From the IMG/VR virus record IMGVR_UViG_3300044711_000066, positions 1 to 50,037 of that record: 50,037 nucleotides of DNA. One strand, written 5' to 3'. Origin of the DNA: a virus (taxonomy: Duplodnaviria; Caudoviricetes). Below are positions 44,352 to 50,037 of the stretch, piece by piece. Position 1 is the first letter of the stretch. Every line of letters starts with the position of its first letter. Both the position numbers and the translations under genes were made by a program. The notes under the pieces were generated by a model that saw only the letters and a list, made by a program, of their open reading frames with translations, had not been told where the DNA came from and did no database searches.

Positions 44352-45071
44352 ATGGCCCTGGTCAGCGAAATCTATCAACAAGTTACCTACGACCTCCTGG
44401 AGGATGAGGCACTCCAACTCGGGATCATCGACGACCCGGACTTTATCGATTTCTTTAACTTGACTCTCATGGACTTCCTTCAGCGCACCGGGATGCTGAA
44501 GTTGATCCAGACCCAGGGCATACTCTCCGGGCAGTCAGAGTACACCGTTCCCGATGAGATGATGCTTGTCGAGAGCGTCTTCATCGCCGGACGATACTTG
44601 GAGAGTTCGACCACCGAAGAGATCGCTAACGCCTCCCGCAACTGGCGCCGGACTGTCGGCATCCCCAAGGTCTACCATGAGGACCAACTCCCCATTAAGA
44701 CCGTGGAGGTCATCCCGATCCCGGACTACGACGGGGCCTTCATCCCCGGCCCTAACGAGCCTGACGGACCGCACGCGCAGACCGGGGAGTGGTCTGCTAT
44801 CATCGATGCCGCCGTTGTTACAGCTCCGGTTCATCGCGGGCTCACCCTAGTCGGACAGGCCAAGCCCTCGTTGGTCACCGCGCTCACCGATCCCATCCCC
44901 CTGCTCCCGGACGAGTTCAGTCTGTCTTATCTGGCATGGGGCATCCTCGCCCGCATCTTTGCCGGAGACAACGAGGTCAAAAACCCCGAGCAAGCGCAGT
45001 TCTGTGCCCAGCAATATCAGGAAGGAATCACCCTCGGAAGGGCCATTACCGACGAACTCATGATGACGTAA
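44352..45071 (+). CDS. head-tail adaptor-like protein
   Basis: YTVP, RNWR, VIPIPD shared in pattern with the 43517 protein. Confidence 0.6.
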   Translation: MALVSEIYQQVTYDLLEDEALQLGIIDDPDFIDFFNLTLMDFLQRTGMLKLIQTQGILSGQSEYTVPDEMMLVESVFIAGRYLESSTTEEIANASRNWRRTVGIPKVYHEDQLPIKTVEVIPIPDYDGAFIPGPNEPDGPHAQTGEWSAIIDAAVVTAPVHRGLTLVGQAKPSLVTALTDPIPLLPDEFSLSYLAWGILARIFAGDNEVKNPEQAQFCAQQYQEGITLGRAITDELMMT

Positions 45072-45100
45072 GTGCTAAACTGTGCTGAAGGATACAGCCA

Positions 45101-48100
45101 ATGAGCATCAAGAAGCTCTTTCTCGCCTTGCTGTTGATCGGCAGCGCCTTCTCGGCCCAGCCCCAGGGCAGCCAGGTAAATCTTCGAGTCACCCAGTACA
45201 ACAACCAGACCATAACAACCAACCCGGACTCGATCGGCGTTCTCGTCTATAACGATCAGAGCACCTCGTCCCGCAACAACGACAATTACTCCTGCTATGT
45301 GTTCAGTGCGGCCGGGAATTGGTCGTTGTCGATGGCATACAGTGATTCAAGTGCTGTTGGTCCGTGGATCTCATTCGGATCGGCCGCGACGATCGACCAA
45401 AGCAGCAGCCCGGCGATCGCCAACGGATTGGGGCATCACCGGTTCATCCAGGTGACCATTTCTGGAGCGGGTGCTTCATCGGTCATGTTCAACTACGCGG
45501 CCTGGAGCAAGCTCTATTTGGCTGGCTCGGGAGGCGGTGGGGGTGGCGTAACCTTCCCGATTACGATTGGACAAGGCGGAACGGGGCAGACCACGGCCTT
45601 GGCTGGATTCAACGCCCTGTCTCCCATGCTGACCAATGGGGACATGATTTACGGGGGGACTTCCGGAAGCGCAACAAGGCTGGCTCCAGGAACCAGCGTC
45701 CAAGTCCTCCATAGCGGGGCCGCTCCTGCCTGGGGAGCAGTGAATCTAGCGACCGACGTTACCGGGTTACTGCCCAATACCAGCCTCCAGAATCCAGCGA
45801 TCACCATCACGGCCTCAGCTCCTTTGACGGGCAGCGGAACGTTCAATCTGGGAGACACCTATACCCCGGCGTGCCCAACCTGCACAACGAATACCTCGGT
45901 TGCCACTTCGAATGCCATCATGCTCGGAGCCGGCGCGCAACTCATCACCCCTCTCGGAGACTTGGGAACCACGGCTAAGGTCCTGCATGGCAATGCTTCC
46001 GGGGCCCCGAGCTTCGGCAATGTGGTGATTGGGGATATCGCTGGGAGTTCTCTCTCTGGGAACGGCTCTAAGCTGGGAACCACGACCGGATCTCTGACCA
46101 GCACTCATTGCGTCAGTATCGACGCGAGTTCGAACTTTGTAGACTCCGGGGCGGTCTGCGGCGGGGCTGGCGTCACCAGTGTCGGCCTATCGATTCCCAA
46201 TAGCGTATTCACGGTTACGGGGACTCCGGTCACGAGCACTGGGACCTTAACGGCCACTCCGGCCGGAACGAGCGGAGGCATCGTCTATTTCTCAGGGGCT
46301 GCGGCCATGGGGTCCTCGGCATTGCTCGCTGCCAGCCAAATCGTTCTGGGCGGCGGGGCCGCTACTGCACCGGCTACGCTGGGAAGCCTGGGCACCACCA
46401 CTACTGTTCTGCACGGCAACGCGGCGGGAGTTCCTTCTTTTGGAGCCGTCGTGTTGACGACGGACGTTTCCGGAGTGTTGCCAGCCGCAAACGGTGGCAC
46501 CGTCAATGGCTTCTTCGCGGTGTCCGGCCCGGCGACATCGACCAAAACATTTACCTTTCCCAACGCCTCATCGACGGTATTAACCGACAACGCCGCCGTC
46601 ACGGTGGCGCAAGGGGGTACCGGCCTGACGGTTGGGGTGAGCGGCGGTATCCCCTATTTCTCTTCCACTACGACGATGACGAGCTCCAGCGCGCTCACGC
46701 TCAACCGCTTGGTTGCGGGCGGCGGGGCCGGGGGAGCGCCAACGGTTGTCGGAAGCCTGGGAACGACTACCACTCTTCTCCACGGTAATGCGTCCGGGTT
46801 GCCCACCTTTGGGAGCGTGGTCATCGGGGACATAGCTGCTGGGTCCCTTACCGGAAACGGTACGAAGCTGGCAACGAGCACAGGCACGCTGACGAACGGC
46901 AACTGCGTCAGCATCGATGCAAGCGGAAACTTTGTAGACTTTGGCGGGCTGTGCGGAGGTGGCGGAGGTGGCGGAACCGTGACCAGTGTCGGTCTATCCA
47001 TACCCAACAGTGTCTTCACGGTAACCGGTACTCCGGTAATTGCTGCGGGGACCTTGACCGCCACTCCGACCGGCACGAGCGGCGGTGTGGTGTACTTCTC
47101 GGGTGCAGCCGCAATGGCCTCTTCGGCCCTCCTGGCAGCCAGCCAGATCGTTCTCGGAGGTGGGGCCGGGACGGCACCAGCTACTCTCGGGAGCCTGGGG
47201 ACAACTGTCCAGGTGCTGCACGGCAATGCGGCGGGAGCGCCAACATTCGGCAGTGTAGTCATTGGCGACATCGCGGCCGGATCCCTAACCGGTACCGGGT
47301 CCAAACTGGCCACAAGCACAGGCGCGCTCGTCGTTGGCCACTGCGTAGCGATAAACGGAGTCGGAGACTATATCGACTCAGGTGGTTCGTGCGGAGCGTC
47401 TGGAGTCACAAGCGTGGCCGAGACCTTCACCGGAGGCTTGATCTCGGTGTCCGGTTCTCCCATCACCTCTTCCGGCACCTTTGCCCTCACCGTGGCCGGA
47501 ACCTCGGGAGGTATCCCGTACTTCTCCTCAGCTTCGACCTGGGCCACTTCCGCTCAATTGCTGCCAAATCAGATCGTCTTGGGCGGCGGCGCGGGTGCGG
47601 CGCCGGCTACTCTCGGATCCCTGGGAACTACGACAACCCTATTGCACGGCAACGCAGCGGGAGCACCTACGTTCGGGGCCGTTGTCCTGACCACCGATGT
47701 ATCCGGAACCCTACCGGTCACCAACGGCGGCTTGGGTATAGCCGTAGGCACTTCGGGCGGCATTCCCTACTTCTCCGGGACCACAACAATCGCCTCTTCG
47801 GCCGCTCTCACCGTCAGCCGGATCGTCCTCGGCGGTGGAGCAGGAGCGGCTCCCACGGTCCTCGGATCATTAGGAACAACGAGCACTGTACTCCATGGAA
47901 ACGCCGCAGGTGCGCCTTCTTTCGGAGCGGTATCCCTGACGGCTGAAGTTAGCGGCATCCTGCCTGGCGCTAACGGCGGAACCAATAACGGGTTCATGGC
48001 CTTTGCCGGCCCGATCACCTCTCTCAAGACCTTCACCCTCCCGAACTCTTCGGCGAACATCCTGACCGATGCGGCCACCGTAACCGTCCCGCAGGGAGGT

Positions 48101-48841
48101 ACGGGCCTGTCCACCGGCACGAGTGGCGGCATCATGTACTTCTCGACCAGCAATACGCTCACATCTTCCAACGTTCTCGGAGCAAGCCAGCTAGTCTTAG
48201 GAGGCGGGGCCGGGGTATCTCCGGCCACCCTGGGATCGCTTGGGACCACGACCACTCTCTTGCACGGGAATGCGGCCGGAGTTCCGTCCTTCGGGGCCGT
48301 AGTGCTCACCACGGACGTGTCCGGCATTCTTCCTGGTGCCAATGGTGGGACAGCTAACGGGTTCTTTGCCGTCAGCGGCCCGGCGACATCGCTCAAGACG
48401 TTCACCTTCCCCAATGCCTCGGCAACGGTCCTGACCACCAATGCGGCTATCACCGTGGCTCAAGGTGGAACCGGGCTGGCCAGCGGCACCAGCGGGGGGA
48501 TTCTCTGCTTCACCGGGACCACGACGCTAGCTTCGTCATCGCTGCTGGCTTCGACGGCTATCCTGATCGGCGGGGGTGCTGGGGTATGCCCGACCACGAG
48601 TGGCGTGACGATCGACGGATCGAACAATATCTCGACTCCGGGGACGCTGACCACCAACGCGGGGAGCGGGAGCCCGTCGTCGTTCCTGCTGACCAACCCA
48701 ACTCACTTTGCCGGTCTCGGTACCCCGGCTAATGGAACTGTCGTATACTGCGACGATTGCACCAGCCCATCGAGCCCCTCGTCCGGTTCCGGCTCCGGCG
48801 GGTGGACGTTTCGACAAGCCGGAGTCTGGAAGACAATATGA
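45101..48841 (+). CDS. Gly/Ser/Thr-rich repetitive fibre protein with Sec-type signal peptide
   Basis: MSIKKLFLALLLIGSAFSA; seven LHGNA..P.FG repeats; GGTG and VTSVG motifs. Confidence 0.75.
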   Translation: MSIKKLFLALLLIGSAFSAQPQGSQVNLRVTQYNNQTITTNPDSIGVLVYNDQSTSSRNNDNYSCYVFSAAGNWSLSMAYSDSSAVGPWISFGSAATIDQSSSPAIANGLGHHRFIQVTISGAGASSVMFNYAAWSKLYLAGSGGGGGGVTFPITIGQGGTGQTTALAGFNALSPMLTNGDMIYGGTSGSATRLAPGTSVQVLHSGAAPAWGAVNLATDVTGLLPNTSLQNPAITITASAPLTGSGTFNLGDTYTPACPTCTTNTSVATSNAIMLGAGAQLITPLGDLGTTAKVLHGNASGAPSFGNVVIGDIAGSSLSGNGSKLGTTTGSLTSTHCVSIDASSNFVDSGAVCGGAGVTSVGLSIPNSVFTVTGTPVTSTGTLTATPAGTSGGIVYFSGAAAMGSSALLAASQIVLGGGAATAPATLGSLGTTTTVLHGNAAGVPSFGAVVLTTDVSGVLPAANGGTVNGFFAVSGPATSTKTFTFPNASSTVLTDNAAVTVAQGGTGLTVGVSGGIPYFSSTTTMTSSSALTLNRLVAGGGAGGAPTVVGSLGTTTTLLHGNASGLPTFGSVVIGDIAAGSLTGNGTKLATSTGTLTNGNCVSIDASGNFVDFGGLCGGGGGGGTVTSVGLSIPNSVFTVTGTPVIAAGTLTATPTGTSGGVVYFSGAAAMASSALLAASQIVLGGGAGTAPATLGSLGTTVQVLHGNAAGAPTFGSVVIGDIAAGSLTGTGSKLATSTGALVVGHCVAINGVGDYIDSGGSCGASGVTSVAETFTGGLISVSGSPITSSGTFALTVAGTSGGIPYFSSASTWATSAQLLPNQIVLGGGAGAAPATLGSLGTTTTLLHGNAAGAPTFGAVVLTTDVSGTLPVTNGGLGIAVGTSGGIPYFSGTTTIASSAALTVSRIVLGGGAGAAPTVLGSLGTTSTVLHGNAAGAPSFGAVSLTAEVSGILPGANGGTNNGFMAFAGPITSLKTFTLPNSSANILTDAATVTVPQGGTGLSTGTSGGIMYFSTSNTLTSSNVLGASQLVLGGGAGVSPATLGSLGTTTTLLHGNAAGVPSFGAVVLTTDVSGILPGANGGTANGFFAVSGPATSLKTFTFPNASATVLTTNAAITVAQGGTGLASGTSGGILCFTGTTTLASSSLLASTAILIGGGAGVCPTTSGVTIDGSNNISTPGTLTTNAGSGSPSSFLLTNPTHFAGLGTPANGTVVYCDDCTSPSSPSSGSGSGGWTFRQAGVWKTI

Positions 48842-49158
48842 AACTTTACGTGTACCTGATTACCTTCGCCGTGTCCAATGTTGTACTTTTTGCCGCCGAA
48901 GCAGGGAACAAGACGAAGGAGCCGGCCGCTCCTGTGCTGGAGTATAAAATCCAGTTCGAGATGCGGACTCTGGAGATGCAGTACAAGGCCGCGCAGGACC
49001 AGCTCAAAGAGATCGGCGACAAGCTCAACGCTAAGTTCAATGATCTTAAGACGGCCTGCGGGAAGGACCACATCCCGAGCATTGATTCCAAGACGGCCGA
49101 GTACGTCTGCGTAGCTCCTCCAAAGATCGACCCGCCGAAGCCTGCCGAGAAAAAGTAG
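48838..49158 (+). CDS. signal-peptide coiled-coil protein, possible fibre chaperone
   Basis: ATGA overlap with fibre gene; hydrophobic N-terminus; Cys pair. Confidence 0.65.
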   Translation: MKLYVYLITFAVSNVVLFAAEAGNKTKEPAAPVLEYKIQFEMRTLEMQYKAAQDQLKEIGDKLNAKFNDLKTACGKDHIPSIDSKTAEYVCVAPPKIDPPKPAEKK

Positions 49159-50037
49159 ATGGCCGAGAAGACCTTCCCGTTTGTTAACCGCGGATTCGTA
49201 TCCAAGATTCAGGCGGGGGAGTTACAGCAAGGCCAAGTCCAATCGGGCAACAACTTCGAGTCTCTTCAAGAAGGGTCGATCAATTCTCGGGCCGGCCGCA
49301 AGCTCCTCGGCGTATTCCCCGCCGCAGTGTTCGGTCTCAGAAAGTTCCGCGTGGGCGATTACGATCTGGTCAACCCTCGCTACTTCACGGCTTTCGACGA
49401 TACGCTGTGGAGGACCACGAACCTATTCGCCACATGGCAACAGATCGCCGTTGGTTTCACGGATCCCAATCGCCACGCCCAGAGGTTCAGCATCGCGCCT
49501 TACTCGACCGGAGCCTTCTCGGACCTATGGGCATTTCTAGCCGGGACGGCACAGATGCTCAAGGACCGTTCTCCGGGCCAGTTCACTCCGCAGAATTGGG
49601 GCATTCTTCAGGCCGCAGGAGTCTGCCTGGCGCAGGATACCGGAGGAGGGAATCTGGACGGCGGAGCGGCAGGGAGTCCTCCTGGGTCCAATCCGTACGA
49701 TTGGATATTTTGCGTAACCTCGGACACTCCAGTTCTGTGCAGTGATCTCAGATGGAAGCCAGCAGGAACTTTGGTGGAGGGAGAAAAGATAATTGCATTC
49801 GACGAAAACGCTTCCCCGGATATTACTAAAAGATGCAGAAGGAGATTTCGAGAAGCGTACATTGTCAGCAATACCCCAGAAGTAAAAGAGTGCTTCGAGA
49901 TCAACACGGACATCGGTGAGCCAGTAAAGGCAACAGCGGATCATCCCTGGTTGGTGTGGTCACCCCTAAGAAGACTTAGCAATGGGAAGCAATGGGAAGG
50001 TCTTGAATGGAAAAAAACCGCAGAACTTAAGCCAGGA
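49159..50037 (+). CDS. putative tail tubular/stabilisation protein, intein-containing, runs off window
   Basis: Open from ATG 49159 to the window end; GSINSRAGR motif; follows adaptors and fibre. Confidence 0.7.
   Translation, partial: MAEKTFPFVNRGFVSKIQAGELQQGQVQSGNNFESLQEGSINSRAGRKLLGVFPAAVFGLRKFRVGDYDLVNPRYFTAFDDTLWRTTNLFATWQQIAVGFTDPNRHAQRFSIAPYSTGAFSDLWAFLAGTAQMLKDRSPGQFTPQNWGILQAAGVCLAQDTGGGNLDGGAAGSPPGSNPYDWIFCVTSDTPVLCSDLRWKPAGTLVEGEKIIAFDENASPDITKRCRRRFREAYIVSNTPEVKECFEINTDIGEPVKATADHPWLVWSPLRRLSNGKQWEGLEWKKTAELKPG
49711..50037 (+). mobile_element. intein/Hint domain, N-terminal part
   Basis: Block A CVTSDTPVLCSDLRWKPAGTLVEGE; block B VKATADHPWLV; WKKTAELKPG; GC drops. Confidence 0.85.

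Larger units (their letters stand above)
2..48886. repeat. Dispersed 14-bp palindromic box GTNCAAYRTTGNAC, 17 copies
   Basis: Copies start at 2, 1735, 3119, 5491, 6810, 8362, 12406, 13037, 16411, 18765, 24974, 29249, 34662, 37821, 40123, 43841, 48873 (read directly). Confidence 0.95.

Noticed and set aside
46160-48430. Fibre repeats as a diversity-generating retroelement
   Set aside because: Repeats differ at synonymous sites rather than adenines; no reverse transcriptase in the window
2-48886. Palindromic boxes as a CRISPR array, or as LexA sites
   Set aside because: Only 14 bp, kilobases apart, no cas genes. Frequent intragenic placement does not fit a promoter-bound repressor, though a host factor is not fully excluded.

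Overview
A 50-kb segment of a GC-rich tailed dsDNA phage, probably podovirus-like; no integrase or host housekeeping genes are seen. A PEP-CTERM gene suggests a Gram-negative host such as an Acidobacterium (inference). The left arm (1-9.6 kb, minus strand) holds small early genes, a DnaN-like sliding clamp, DUF932 and a CsrA-like protein. The right arm (from 9.9 kb, plus strand) holds middle genes (DUF4326, ASCH, PEP-CTERM, ParB-like, RyR-domain) and then the morphogenesis module: terminase, portal, HAD/2H phosphoesterase, scaffold, major capsid, glycosyltransferases, papain-like protease, adaptors, a signal-peptide-bearing fibre and a tail protein. Signals the ORF track misses: (1) 17 copies of a 14-bp palindrome GTNCAAYRTTGNAC spread across the window, including inside genes; (2) a 258-nt group I intron splitting the major capsid gene beside a free-standing Endo VII-type nuclease; (3) an HNH gene that took over the portal start, with a recoded portal 5' end behind it; (4) an intein in a tail protein; (5) a twister ribozyme-like core and a second pseudoknotted leader RNA; (6) an sRNA cluster, including one antisense to the shared early-gene RBS; (7) unannotated basic and Trp/Arg-rich micropeptides. 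All family calls come from motif recognition by eye; no searches were run.
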